A stretch of 63,224 nt of DNA, counting the filler, from an uncultured bacterium (GTDB lineage: Bacteria > Hinthialibacterota > Hinthialibacteria > Hinthialibacterales > Hinthialibacteraceae): NCBI GenBank assembly GCA_964449065.1. It is 14 parts of 14 records of this genome, joined end to end, with 100 filler letters (N's around TTAATTAATTAA, not from the genome) between each part and the next. Parts side by side here need not be neighbours in the genome. Positions count along the whole stretch, not along the records: positions 27,604 to 32,063 come from CAYVAZ010000381.1; positions 32,164 to 36,597 come from CAYVAZ010000382.1; positions 36,698 to 41,069 come from CAYVAZ010000383.1; 11 more parts are not named here. One strand, given 5' to 3'. A program made the position numbers and the translations under genes. Position 1 is the first letter of the stretch. The number at the start of each line of letters is the position of its first letter. Below are positions 29,323 to 39,560 of the stretch, in pieces. Below the pieces are notes generated by a model. It worked only from the letters and a program-made list of their open reading frames with translations, did no database searches and was not told where the DNA came from.

Positions 29323-31170
29323 ATGAGAAACCTATTCACGATTTTTTCTGTTTGCCTATTGATTTTGTTTATCAATACAAGCAAAACAGTGCAAGCACAG
29401 GATTTATCCTTTTTCTTTTCGGCGGGCGAATGGGGGGAACCGGACCGGTTTGGCAATACGCATGAAGTGTTTCCGTCCGATTCTTCTCTGTCATTGGATG
29501 ACGCAATTGATCCCCGGCCGTTTGGTAACGAAGATTTGGCCGATGTGTTTTTTGATGAAGACGGCAAGTGGCTGATCTACCAAGTTGAGGGAAATGTATT
29601 TTTGGTCTCTCACGCGCCGGGATTTTTTGAAGATTCACCGGAATTGACGATGGAAATCACCCCTGCCCTGCCCGGCCGCTATGAAGTGATCTTGAACTTT
29701 CTGGATTCCAACCAAAACCCCGGAACGGGGCCGATACAAGCGGCTCTTGGTGACGGCGAATTGGACATGTTTTTTGACGGCGATGGCATGTCGGTTCGGG
29801 CATCCGGCGGAACGTCTCCCGGGTATCCGATCATTGGCGGAGAAACGGCCGGGAGTATGTTTTGGTATACGGCTTCGCTTGGTGAAGTTGAGGTGGAAGA
29901 AGGCGGGACCGTATCGGTACGAGCCGACGATGTCCCCGGCGATCAATTCGGAATCATTGCCGATTTTTCCGTCACCTCGACGTTTCAAGGCGTAACGCTG
30001 CGGGTTATCGAGTTGGGCGGTGCGATATCTGAGATTCAAGTGAGCCCCGGCGCATTTGAATTCACGGAAGATGTAAGCGGAAATCAATTTAAAACCGGAC
30101 CGTCAGATGAAAGTTTGCCGCAAGAAGAATGGCTTACAGTCAATGCGAATCAAAACGGTGATAACCTGTGGAATATCCGTGAAGGGCTTGGACCGTATGG
30201 GCCTATTTTAGAAACCTTTCCAAGCGGCGGGGATGACGGTTCCCTGTTAAAGACATCCGTTATTTTTGCGCAAGGCGGGACCTATGAAGCCTTTTTGAAT
30301 GTCGGCGATACCGGAGCAGCGGATTTTGATGAGAATGTAGCGACACCCAATCCATTGAATTTCGGATTTTCACCGGATGATTTAACGACGTTTGTTCCCA
30401 ATGACGGCGAGTTTAAAGGGACACCGGGTTATAACGATTATGAGATTTCTCTTGGAGAGATTTCGGTTGAAGCGGGAGAACAACTTGATTTCTATATTGA
30501 TGACGCGCCGGAATTTGAAGGCGTATCACGTTCGGTTTATTTGGGTATGCGGTTTGTGTTGAAGCCGGATATTGCATTCTCCGAGTTCCAAGTCAGTCCC
30601 GGTGTGTTTGATGAAAGTTCTACAGATTTATTTGGTAACAGCTTTCGCACCTGGCCGGTGGATGAAGCCGCGTTTCCAACTCAAGACGATTGGTTGACCA
30701 TTACCACAAGGGAAGACGGTTCAAACAAATGGAATATTCGTGAAGGGCTTGGACCGTATGGACCGATATTAGAATCGTTTCCGAATAGCGGGAATGACGC
30801 GCCGACTCTGCAAACCTCTGTTACATTCGCGCAAGGCGGGACTTATAACGTGATCTTGAATGTTGGTGATATTGGCGCCGCGGATCCGCAAGAGAATTCG
30901 GATAATCCGACTCCATTGAATTTCGCGTTTGAGGGTGAAGACCTTACCCGTTGGCACGCGAATGACGGGACCTTTGCCGGCACTCCCGGCTATAACGATT
31001 ATGAAATGGATGTTGGCCAAGTTACGGTAGAAGCCGGTGAAACCTTGAACTTTATCATTGATGACGTGCAGGATGGTACAGCGCTCCGTTCTGTTTATTT
31101 GGGGATGCGGTTTGAATTGGTTGATGGCGGCGATGGGCCCAGCGATGTTTCCAGTTGGTCGTTGTATTAA
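29323..31170 (+). CDS. Secreted acidic protein with two ~185-aa internal repeats and C-terminus SDVSSWSLY
   Basis: Signal peptide. WNIREGLGPYGPILE, GTPGYNDYE and RSVYLGMRF each occur twice. Confidence 0.85.
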   Translation: MRNLFTIFSVCLLILFINTSKTVQAQDLSFFFSAGEWGEPDRFGNTHEVFPSDSSLSLDDAIDPRPFGNEDLADVFFDEDGKWLIYQVEGNVFLVSHAPGFFEDSPELTMEITPALPGRYEVILNFLDSNQNPGTGPIQAALGDGELDMFFDGDGMSVRASGGTSPGYPIIGGETAGSMFWYTASLGEVEVEEGGTVSVRADDVPGDQFGIIADFSVTSTFQGVTLRVIELGGAISEIQVSPGAFEFTEDVSGNQFKTGPSDESLPQEEWLTVNANQNGDNLWNIREGLGPYGPILETFPSGGDDGSLLKTSVIFAQGGTYEAFLNVGDTGAADFDENVATPNPLNFGFSPDDLTTFVPNDGEFKGTPGYNDYEISLGEISVEAGEQLDFYIDDAPEFEGVSRSVYLGMRFVLKPDIAFSEFQVSPGVFDESSTDLFGNSFRTWPVDEAAFPTQDDWLTITTREDGSNKWNIREGLGPYGPILESFPNSGNDAPTLQTSVTFAQGGTYNVILNVGDIGAADPQENSDNPTPLNFAFEGEDLTRWHANDGTFAGTPGYNDYEMDVGQVTVEAGETLNFIIDDVQDGTALRSVYLGMRFELVDGGDGPSDVSSWSLY

Positions 31171-31191
31171 ACGGTTATGGTTTTGAATATC

Positions 31192-31226
31192 AAAGGCTGC
31201 ATGGAACCGTTTCATGCAGCCTTTTT
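31192..31226 (+). terminator. Intrinsic terminator
   Basis: AAAGGCTGCATGGAA-CCG-TTTCATGCAGCCTTTTT. Confidence 0.75.
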
Positions 31227-31242
31227 GTTTTAGGAGAACCTC

Positions 31243-31899
31243 ATGGTATCGAGAACAGGTTTTACATTGATAGAACTTCTTATCGTAGTTGCAATTATCG
31301 GCATATTGGCGGCGATAGCGGTGCCGAATTTTCTGAATGCACAGGTTCGCGCGAAAATATCGCGCGGTCTTGCGGATATGAAGAATACCGGGACCGCGAT
31401 TGAAACGTTTCGGTTGGATACCAATATGCTGCTGGTGGATTTTTGGGATGACGATACTCCGCTTGGTGTCGAGCGCATGGAGATGTTTGGCATCCCGCCG
31501 TTTAATAACGGGCCGGACCGGACGATGGTACAGATTTTGGCTCCATTGACAACACCGGTATCGTATATGTCATCCGTGCCGCGGGACCCGTTTAATGAAC
31601 CCACCGCCGCGAAGGATGATGAGACCTATGTGAACTATGGCGGCGGCTCCTATATTTATGGAGACAATGAAGCCGCGTTTAGTTTTATCGGTGAGAATCA
31701 TGGATTGAGCGGTTTGCGTGCTGACGGCGCTCAGCAGACCGGTCAGCAGCCCCTGAAAGTTGGTGAATGGGCATTAATGGGAATCGGGCCGGATGGGCTG
31801 TGGCAATCGACACTGCGGGGGCTGCCGTTTCATACCTCGAATGGACTGAATAGCCTTGGGGATATAGTTGTGCGTGCAGGAGGAGGGACGAATCAGTGA
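31243..31899 (+). CDS. Prepilin-type N-terminal cleavage/methylation domain protein
   Basis: G|FTLIELLIVVAIIGILAAIAVPNFLNAQ...GPD...SNGLNSLGDI. Confidence 0.92.
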   Translation: MVSRTGFTLIELLIVVAIIGILAAIAVPNFLNAQVRAKISRGLADMKNTGTAIETFRLDTNMLLVDFWDDDTPLGVERMEMFGIPPFNNGPDRTMVQILAPLTTPVSYMSSVPRDPFNEPTAAKDDETYVNYGGGSYIYGDNEAAFSFIGENHGLSGLRADGAQQTGQQPLKVGEWALMGIGPDGLWQSTLRGLPFHTSNGLNSLGDIVVRAGGGTNQ

Positions 31900-31932
31900 T
31901 TATAAGGCAGTGACGAGTGATTAGGGATTAGG

Positions 31933-31956
31933 GTAGCATCGGCTTCCAGCCGATGC
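31933..31956. repeat. GTAG-type REP hairpin (GTAGCATCGGC-TTCCA-GCCGATGC)
   Basis: Related copies at 7926-7944, 18370-18380, 52762-52783 and 61026-61049. A second family, GG(A/T)GGGC(G/T)AGGCTCCCGCCGAGCC, occurs at 32017-32040 and 57834-57857. Confidence 0.75.
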
Positions 31957-32163
31957 GTCAATCCATACAACTCAATGTAAATATGCTCGAAAAAAGTTGT
32001 CCAAACAATTTTTTTGGGAGGGCGAGGCTCCCGCCGAGCCGGAAGTACGCTTCATTCCAATCCNNNNNNNNNNNNNNNNNNNNNNNNNNNNNNNNNNNNN
32101 NNNNNNNTTAATTAATTAANNNNNNNNNNNNNNNNNNNNNNNNNNNNNNNNNNNNNNNNNNNN

Positions 32164-32233
32164 AGAGCTCGGACCTCGGGGTCGCGGCCGACGTTGCCGA
32201 CCAGAATGACCTTGTTGAGGCAGCCTGGCGCAT
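32164..32233 (-). pseudogene. ssb: N-terminus of a single-stranded DNA-binding protein; the nearest ATG is out of frame
   Basis: GCLNKVILVGNVGRDPEVR. Confidence 0.65.
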
Positions 32234-32413
32234 GGCGGTCGCGCCTGTCGATGGCCGGGCGGTCGGCACCCTTGCCCAGTGATGTCCTGCGCGGGCATGT
32301 TGGAAACCATCTGCGGGTGGCGAACCCGGGCCGGAGCCACTGAAGCCAGTCTTTGGCGTGGTGGGGCGCCGACCCTTGGCGCTGGCATTCTTCCACACAA
32401 ACGGGAAAGGACG

Positions 32414-33289
32414 ATGTCGGAGATGGCAAGGTTCGAGGAAAGGCCCGTCTTCTATGTTTCATCACGGGGCCATTCCGCGTCAAAGTTCCTGCAGCAGGTT
32501 CTGGTCCGACACCCTGATATCGTGTGCTGGCACGGCAACAGGTCAATTCCGCCCTACGACAGCGGCACGAACGACATGGAGCCGGAGGACTTCGTTCAGG
32601 GTCTCTACCAGTGTGCGGCGGGGAACAGGTTCCAGAAAGTGTTCGGTTCAGTTCATGGATTCTATGGACCAGTGTTGCAGAAGCAGATCACTGATCTAGG
32701 TGGCTGGTTTGGGTGCATTTTTCGCGACCCCATACCACGGTTGGTCTCGCACATCAGCGGCAATGCCAAACAGGCCTACACCGCCAGGTTTGGTGTCGGT
32801 GACCTGGACTATCCTGAAAATGTTGATCATGTCGCCGTTCTTGTGGGGGATACTAAAGAATCCGAAATCCTGATTGATCGCTTCGGCCACGAGCAGTTCG
32901 AGAGAATCAAGAACTGGCTCGTCCAGCGGTTCAGGCGGTCATGCCGCGTCGTGTTCCAGCCCGACTGCGAGAACTATGTCTCTGTGCCGCCAGAAAATTT
33001 CATTCGGATGGAAGATATGGTGCGGGATCCGCACTATATTGAAGTGAGAATTCTGAAAAAAATTCACCCTGACCTGGCTGTTACCCCTGAGATGAGGGCG
33101 CATTTTGAGCGAAAGGATCTCAGGAACACCCACAATAGGCGCCAGTCTTACAAAACCTGGGAGTCGTGGTCTTCAGATATGCGGCGAATTTTTGCAGAGG
33201 AATCCGAATCCGCTGGCGTGCAGAAGCTTCGATCTATGTATACAAACTTGGGGTACAGCTTTCCTGACCTTGAGACATGCGGCCGGTGA
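32414..33289 (+). CDS. Sulfotransferase-fold protein
   Basis: 5'-PSB-like loop SSRGHSASKFL and FRDPI.R..SH. AAGGA RBS. Confidence 0.7.
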   Translation: MSEMARFEERPVFYVSSRGHSASKFLQQVLVRHPDIVCWHGNRSIPPYDSGTNDMEPEDFVQGLYQCAAGNRFQKVFGSVHGFYGPVLQKQITDLGGWFGCIFRDPIPRLVSHISGNAKQAYTARFGVGDLDYPENVDHVAVLVGDTKESEILIDRFGHEQFERIKNWLVQRFRRSCRVVFQPDCENYVSVPPENFIRMEDMVRDPHYIEVRILKKIHPDLAVTPEMRAHFERKDLRNTHNRRQSYKTWESWSSDMRRIFAEESESAGVQKLRSMYTNLGYSFPDLETCGR

Positions 33290-33324
33290 GCGGGGCGATC
33301 GACTCCGAACAACGGTGCGCGAAA

Positions 33325-34257
33325 TCAGTCGAGAAGGTCCGGGTAGACGTCCAGGATTCGCGACGCCAATCCGGCTTGATGGGCGGCACGCAGTATGGTT
33401 CGCGTTCGGTCTTGTGTCTCCGGGTCCATGTAGGTCTGCCAGACGCCGATCTGGCCGGTATATCCGAACGGATAGGCTTGAAAACTGCCTGCATCACCTG
33501 TGGCCCGGTCACGGTAGGCGTCAAAGCGCTCGGCAGCAGAAGCAAGTCGGTCTGCGGGCACATCTGTCCTGTCGGTGAACTCAGCAATTCGGGCCAGCAG
33601 GGCACCGATATCCCTGATTGCCTGTTCATAGGTGATCAGCATCACGCGCGTCGGCGTGATCACACGAAGCCACTGATCGATCCATAGCAGCAAAGCTTGC
33701 AACCAGCCATCCTCCACCAGGTAAAGCAGGCCGCGTTGTATCTCCGCCCGATCCACAAGGTGGTTGATATCAGGGATGAAAGCCGCATCGATCGGAGACA
33801 ACTGGTCACGAATGAAGTGGTTCGCAACCAACCCCTTTTTCCGGTTCGCGGTCTTTCTGTAATGGCAATACAAGGCGACGACAGTGTCGCGTGGATCGCG
33901 AATCTGAACCACTGTACGGCACCCAAGCAGATCAATTATTCGGAGGTTCTTCGGAACAGCCCGAGTGTGGAACTTGAGCATCCCACCGTGCGGGAAGTCG
34001 AGTACCAAGTCGATGCGAAGATCCGAGTCGCCGTTCGGGCGCATGTATGCCGCGTATCCGCGCGGCAAGCCAGTGAGTTCGGCGATTGCATCGCCTACCG
34101 CCGACGAGCCGGATTTCGGCACGGCGGTGTGGAGTAGAAATCTATCTTTGAAGAACCCGGCTTGAACTCTGGAAACTGCTTCTGTAACACTGACAGGATT
34201 TCGCCGGGATTCGTTGCTGTCCTCCAGGAAGGCTGCTAGTTCTGGTGTGAGTTCCAT
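33325..34257 (-). CDS. Sulfotransferase domain protein (alternative GTG start at 34395)
   Basis: PKSGSS, IRDPRDTVVA, ITYEQ, GQIGVW. Confidence 0.8.
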   Translation of the reverse strand: MELTPELAAFLEDSNESRRNPVSVTEAVSRVQAGFFKDRFLLHTAVPKSGSSAVGDAIAELTGLPRGYAAYMRPNGDSDLRIDLVLDFPHGGMLKFHTRAVPKNLRIIDLLGCRTVVQIRDPRDTVVALYCHYRKTANRKKGLVANHFIRDQLSPIDAAFIPDINHLVDRAEIQRGLLYLVEDGWLQALLLWIDQWLRVITPTRVMLITYEQAIRDIGALLARIAEFTDRTDVPADRLASAAERFDAYRDRATGDAGSFQAYPFGYTGQIGVWQTYMDPETQDRTRTILRAAHQAGLASRILDVYPDLLD

Positions 34258-34391
34258 CCTGCGCGGTGTCTCCGTGTCTGCGAGGCATGCGCCGCTCTCG
34301 CCTCTTCTGTGTCCGAACATTTGCCCGCACCGGGCCTCTCCGTCGCCGGTATCAGGGCACAGCCAAACATGGACTCCGGCGGGCTGCCGAG

Positions 34392-35396
34392 TCACTCCAG
34401 GCCAGGGCCGGTTCCGTCAGCACGTGCGCCATAGTACCTGCTGGTTCCGGTGTAGCCGAAGCCGGCGAGATCCAATCCTGTGGCATCCGCCAGCTTGCGG
34501 TTCTGGTCCGCGAACTCGGTCTCGAACCGGGATGCGAACTTCGCATAGGCTTGCTGCTTGGCACGGTCCGAGCGGATCGGCAACAGGCGGTCGACCAGGG
34601 AAACGGCACGGATCATGCGCAATCGTGGCACGGAACTCGGCTCGTGCCCGTCCAGATTGATCGACGCAAACCGATTGGGACCGGCGCAATGGGCCGGCAA
34701 CGTGCCAAGGAGCGGCCGGCCGATGCCGTTCGGGTAGACAGTGTTGAGGACGCGCCGGAGCGCGAGCCCGGCGGTGCCGACAGCCTGATTGACCACATCC
34801 GGCGTGACACTGACACTCTTGCCGAAGTGATCGTTCAACTTAGAGATAAATTGTGACGGATCATGCCGCAACACCTCGTACGGCAGGACCAGGGTGTTCG
34901 CAAAATACTCATTGATAATCGAGTATACATCGAAGTACCGCAGGCGGCCCCAGAGGGTCTGCTGGCGATTCCATATCTGGTGTTCAAGAAACGCTTCATA
35001 GGGCAGGGCCATTCCCTCTTTTATCATCTGACAATAGTAGCTGTACAAGATGTCTTCTTGCCTGCGAACAATCACAAGGGCTGCCGCATTCGGGAACACT
35101 CTGGCCAGACGAGGCACGATCAAACTGATGTCTGCAAACATCAGTGGCGAATCCACAATGCCTTCATAGCTGATGCCACTGAGCATACCGTTCGGGTCAG
35201 GGCTGTCCGGCACCTCCGGGACCGGGTGCGCGGTTCCCTCGTAGGTCAGGGTCTGCTCCGCCAGGACCTCGTTGATCAGGTATTGGCGCCATGCCCCGTT
35301 CCGGATCAGGTTCCGGAAACCGTTCTGCTCAAGGAAGTAGCGCCGCTGCAGGAACGCAGAAGCGCACTTCGGGTAGCCAACGTGAAGGAAATGCAC
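34392..35396 (-). CDS. Sulfotransferase-family protein
   Basis: HVGYPKCASAFLQ, SYEGI, IVRRQED.L.SYY, LPYE.L. Confidence 0.82.
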   Translation of the reverse strand: MHFLHVGYPKCASAFLQRRYFLEQNGFRNLIRNGAWRQYLINEVLAEQTLTYEGTAHPVPEVPDSPDPNGMLSGISYEGIVDSPLMFADISLIVPRLARVFPNAAALVIVRRQEDILYSYYCQMIKEGMALPYEAFLEHQIWNRQQTLWGRLRYFDVYSIINEYFANTLVLPYEVLRHDPSQFISKLNDHFGKSVSVTPDVVNQAVGTAGLALRRVLNTVYPNGIGRPLLGTLPAHCAGPNRFASINLDGHEPSSVPRLRMIRAVSLVDRLLPIRSDRAKQQAYAKFASRFETEFADQNRKLADATGLDLAGFGYTGTSRYYGARADGTGPGLE

Positions 35397-35402
35397 AGGT
35401 CC

Positions 35403-36389
35403 CTACCCCCCGGGCTCGGATCTGGCCGCCACGGGCACACAGCCGACGTAGCCGTGACGGGTGAGCAGGCCGCCCAGTTCGGCATCCAGCCGCCTGTTCT
35501 GCTCGGCAAACTCGCGGTCAAAATGCGCCGCAAAGGCACGATTGCCCGCCTGCTTCTCGGCGTCCGGCCTCTGCATGCGCCAACCATCGCAGCGCTCGGC
35601 CAGCTTCAGGATCGCCTGCCGGCGCCAGGTGGACGGCTCTCGCGGCGCCAGACCGGCGGCGTCGAACTTGCCTGGGCCGACACAATAGGAGGGAAGCACG
35701 GCGCCGAAGGGGAGGCCAAGGCCGTGCCGGAACAGCCGGTTTCCGATCCGCATCACAGCGATCCCCCATCGACCGCTGGATTGGTTGACCGTCTCGTCGG
35801 GAACCGCAATGGGGCGCCCGAAGAATGTCGACAACCGGGCTGCAAACGCGGGACGGTCCGCCCGCAGGATCTCGTAGGGGAGCATCAGGACGTCGCTGAA
35901 GACCTGCCGCGTCTCTTCATAGACCTGGAAGAACCGCATACGACCCCAGAGTGTCTGCCGACGGTCCCAGATCATGTATTCGACGAAGTCGCGATAGCTG
36001 CCCACGAATCCGGCGCGCAAGAGTTGGACATAGTCCGAGAACAGCAGGTCCTCCTGGCGGCGGATCACGATCAGCACCCTGGCGTCCCCGAACATTCGGC
36101 GCAGCCGCTCCAGCACCAGCCGATAGTCCGCCATCATCAGCGAATCGAGGCAACCCTCGTAGCTCATGCCCAGTTCAAGGCCTTTGTTGCGGACCTTGGC
36201 CGGCAGGTCCACGGGTGCGGCGTGGGTCGGATCGAACGCTGTCGACTGGGCGGTCACGATGTGGTGCTGCAACACCGGCATCCACGATCGGCTGGCGGCG
36301 ATGTTGAAGAACCCGTTGGCCTCCGTGAACACCCGCCGCTGCAGCAGGGTGGAGGCGCACTTCGGAAACCCGAGGTGCAGGAACGTCAT
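35403..36389 (-). CDS. Sulfotransferase-family protein (paralogue of the adjacent gene)
   Basis: HLGFPKCASTLLQ, SYEGC, IRRQEDLL.SDY, QTLWGR. Confidence 0.82.
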   Translation of the reverse strand: MTFLHLGFPKCASTLLQRRVFTEANGFFNIAASRSWMPVLQHHIVTAQSTAFDPTHAAPVDLPAKVRNKGLELGMSYEGCLDSLMMADYRLVLERLRRMFGDARVLIVIRRQEDLLFSDYVQLLRAGFVGSYRDFVEYMIWDRRQTLWGRMRFFQVYEETRQVFSDVLMLPYEILRADRPAFAARLSTFFGRPIAVPDETVNQSSGRWGIAVMRIGNRLFRHGLGLPFGAVLPSYCVGPGKFDAAGLAPREPSTWRRQAILKLAERCDGWRMQRPDAEKQAGNRAFAAHFDREFAEQNRRLDAELGGLLTRHGYVGCVPVAARSEPGG

Positions 36390-36597
36390 TCCGCGCGGCC
36401 TCCGGTGCCCGCCAGGGGCCGGTCCACCGCATCCCGAAGCAGGCATATGTCCTCGGCGCGGCGGGCATCGTCGGGATCGCGAATTGCCAGGTTCTCCACG
36501 GCACAGTGCAGTTCCGCGCCGGCCGCCAGCACCCGGGTGTAGACCTGGAGCACTTTCGAGCGGCTGCGGACTTCTCCACCTGTTCGCACGTCGGCGA
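36386..36597 (-). CDS. C-terminus of a probable LIC12192-family sporadic carbohydrate-cluster protein (partial)
   Basis: VYTRVLAAGAELHCAVENLAI....D..RAEDI. ATGA overlap with the next gene. Confidence 0.55.
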
Positions 36598-37202
36598 NNN
36601 NNNNNNNNNNNNNNNNNNNNNNNNNNNNNNNNNNNNNNNNNTTAATTAATTAANNNNNNNNNNNNNNNNNNNNNNNNNNNNNNNNNNNNNNNNNNNNTTT
36701 CTAGTAGTCTGTCAATCAAAAAATGACGGCTGGCTATCCGTTGTTCCCCCCCCCTTGTTAAGGGGGGCTAGGGGGGATCGAAGCACGCTTCCAACTACGC
36801 AAAATCCCCCGGAGCCTACGGCTCCACCCCCTTATGCAAGGGGGTTGTGGCACTGCGCTTCGCTTGTGAATGACGGATCCCATTCATTTCATGTGAATGG
36901 TTAAGTTATCACCCATCATGTCAGCCTTGATGAATTATTAGCCCCCTTATCACTGAGGTTTACCCACAACTATTTCAGTGTGTTGCCCTGTGTTATGTCA
37001 GAATGCCCATTTGGGGCTTTTTCGCTATCTATTGCGGTATTTCCATAAAAAAAGCCTAACCTGTACACCTTTCGAACCAACCGCATTCCACATTAAAATA
37101 GAACCCAAATAGAAGAATGACTGGTATGGATAGTACAATGCGCTTTGGTTTGGATGCACCAATCCCATTAGGATTGATTGCGCAGGATAGGGGAGACGAA
37201 AT

Positions 37203-37967
37203 ATGCAAGACATTACACCGGTTCTGAAGGGGTGGGATTATGACCCGGATGAAGTCACGGTACGGCTGATAGAGGGACTCGATCACAAACAAAAAATTCA
37301 AATGCGGCTAGATCTAGGCCTGCTGCAAATGAACTGCGAAGGCCGACCGGACGGCAAATGTCCGCAAGGCTTTGAATCGCTCTATGAATATTACCAGCAC
37401 ATGCTGGAAGAACACATCGAGCAAAACCAAAACGCCGACGGTTTCTTTCTTGATCCCGACGACTGCGCCGAACTGCGCCGCGAAGCCGAACAATACTACT
37501 ACCGCTACCTAAGTTTTTTTCATCTGCATGAATACGAACGCGTCGAACGCGATACCGCCCGCAACCTCCGTGTCTTCAACTTTATCAAAACCTACGCCGA
37601 GGATGATGAAGACAAATACGAATTGGAGCAATACCGCCCCTACGTCATCATGATGCACACCCGCGCCAAAGCCCAGCGCCTGATCGAAGAACAAACCCCC
37701 AAACAAGCCATCCGCGACGTGGAAAGAGCCATTCAAACCATTCACGAATTTTTCACCGAGATGGGACGAAGCAAACTGGCCGAAAATTGCAGCGAAGTGA
37801 TCTTCTTGCAGCGCTTTCTTAACGAACTTAAAACCGAGTATCCGGACGACCCGGTCGAAATGCTGCGCAAACAAATGACCGAAGCGGTCGAACAAGAAGA
37901 CTACGAATCCGCCGCCAAAATCCGCGATGAGATTCAGAAACTGGAAAAAGAGTCGCAATCCAGCTGA
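37203..37967 (+). CDS. UvrB/UvrC-motif-containing protein (PVC-type)
   Basis: QMRLDLGLLQM..GRPDG, RDTARNL, C-terminal AVEQEDYESAAKIRDEI. Confidence 0.85.
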   Translation: MQDITPVLKGWDYDPDEVTVRLIEGLDHKQKIQMRLDLGLLQMNCEGRPDGKCPQGFESLYEYYQHMLEEHIEQNQNADGFFLDPDDCAELRREAEQYYYRYLSFFHLHEYERVERDTARNLRVFNFIKTYAEDDEDKYELEQYRPYVIMMHTRAKAQRLIEEQTPKQAIRDVERAIQTIHEFFTEMGRSKLAENCSEVIFLQRFLNELKTEYPDDPVEMLRKQMTEAVEQEDYESAAKIRDEIQKLEKESQSS

Positions 37968-38036
37968 CACTTCACAATACTCAAACATTTCGCATATACT
38001 CTTCTACAAAACTTCCTGAAGAAAGAGTATAAATCC

Positions 38037-39485
38037 ATGCCGAATCCAGTACGTTTCATTGCATCACTCATGGCTATTTGTTGTATAGCCCCTTTCTCTT
38101 TTGCCGAAACACAATGGAACCAATTCCGCGGCCCCAACGGAAGCGGCATCGCGAAAAACGCCAATCCGCCGGTTGAATTCGGTCCCGAACAAAATGTGCA
38201 GTGGAAGATCGAACTACCGTCCGGCCATTCCTCCCCGGTGATTTGGAACGGCAAACTCTTCATCACCGGTATTCATAATGAAACATTCGAAACCATCTGC
38301 ATCAACCGATCCAATGGTGAAATCATCTGGAAAGCCGCTTCTCCGAAAGTGAAAATTGAACCTCACCACTCCGACAACAGCCCGGCTTCCTCCACACCCT
38401 TTGCGGATGAAGATGATGTCTATGTCTACTTCGGCTCGTATGGATTGCTGTGTTATGACCACGATGGCAATGACGTATGGAACCATCCCGTCAAAACCCC
38501 CATGAACATGCACGGCACCGCTACATCTCCTATTGTGTACAAGGATCACGTCTACTTGATCCATGATAGCATGGATGGCGATTCGTACCTGCTGGCTGTC
38601 AACAAAAATACCGGGGACGAAGTATGGAAAGCCAAACGCAATGTGTTCAACCCCAATTGGTCATCGCCCGTGATATGGCGGAACGGGGACCGGGATGAAG
38701 TGGTGATTTTGGGCGGCGGCACGCTCAAAGCCTACGACCCTGCAACCGGCACGGAACTGTGGACATTAGAAGAATTCGGCGTGCCGATTCCCGTCCCGTT
38801 TGTGGGGGGTGGATACCTGTACACCAGCACCGTCTCCGGCACCGAAGCAGGCATGAACAACAGCCCCATGCGGTGGGAGTATTACACGGATTATGATAAG
38901 AACAATGACGGCTTGATCCAAGCAATGGAAATTCCGGAAGACCATACCATCCTTATGGATCCGGATCAGCCCGAAAGCAAAATGCCCGCCCGCGGCATCA
39001 TCGGCTGGATGGACCGTAACAAAGACGAAGCCATGTCGAAAGAGGAATTCGATCAGTTCGCGCGGCTGACCATGATGGATGTCCGTTCCTCCATCCAAGC
39101 CATAACTCCAGGCGAAGACAAACCCGAAGTCGCTTGGAAGTACGAACGTTCCATCCCCTACATGCCCTCCAGTCTGTATTTGGATGGATACATCTACATG
39201 GCAAAAGGCGGCGGAGTTGTGACTTGTTTAGACGCCAAAACCGGTGAGCAAATCTACCGCAAGCGCGTGGGCAAAGGCAACTACTCAGCCTCGCCCGTCG
39301 CGGCGGATGGGAGAATTTACATCTCATCGCAAGAAGGATTGGTGACGGTGTTTGAAGCCGGCAAAGAACCAACCGTGCTGGCCAACAATGAATTAAGCGA
39401 AAAAATCAATGCCACCCCCGCTATCGTAGAAGACACGCTCTATCTCCGCACCGAAACTCATCTCTATGCCTTTTCAAATCCCTAA
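38037..39485 (+). CDS. PQQ-like beta-propeller protein with an EF-hand insert
   Basis: WNQFRGPNGSG, GHSSPV, SASPVAADGRIY, ATPAI. DKNNDG and DRNKDE loops. Confidence 0.9.
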   Translation: MPNPVRFIASLMAICCIAPFSFAETQWNQFRGPNGSGIAKNANPPVEFGPEQNVQWKIELPSGHSSPVIWNGKLFITGIHNETFETICINRSNGEIIWKAASPKVKIEPHHSDNSPASSTPFADEDDVYVYFGSYGLLCYDHDGNDVWNHPVKTPMNMHGTATSPIVYKDHVYLIHDSMDGDSYLLAVNKNTGDEVWKAKRNVFNPNWSSPVIWRNGDRDEVVILGGGTLKAYDPATGTELWTLEEFGVPIPVPFVGGGYLYTSTVSGTEAGMNNSPMRWEYYTDYDKNNDGLIQAMEIPEDHTILMDPDQPESKMPARGIIGWMDRNKDEAMSKEEFDQFARLTMMDVRSSIQAITPGEDKPEVAWKYERSIPYMPSSLYLDGYIYMAKGGGVVTCLDAKTGEQIYRKRVGKGNYSASPVAADGRIYISSQEGLVTVFEAGKEPTVLANNELSEKINATPAIVEDTLYLRTETHLYAFSNP

Positions 39486-39560
39486 AAGCAGCAATAAATA
39501 GAACGAACGTATTTACTGAAAGGATGGGGGAACTCATCCTTTCTTGTTTTCAGGGAACGC

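Noticed and set aside
34863..36542. 559-aa plus-strand ORF
   Set aside because: Antisense shadow of two sulfotransferase genes in high-GC DNA, with no recognisable motifs.
38880..39060. EF-hand insert in the PQQ-like propeller as a novelty
   Set aside because: As far as I know this is a common architecture in PVC-type propeller proteins.
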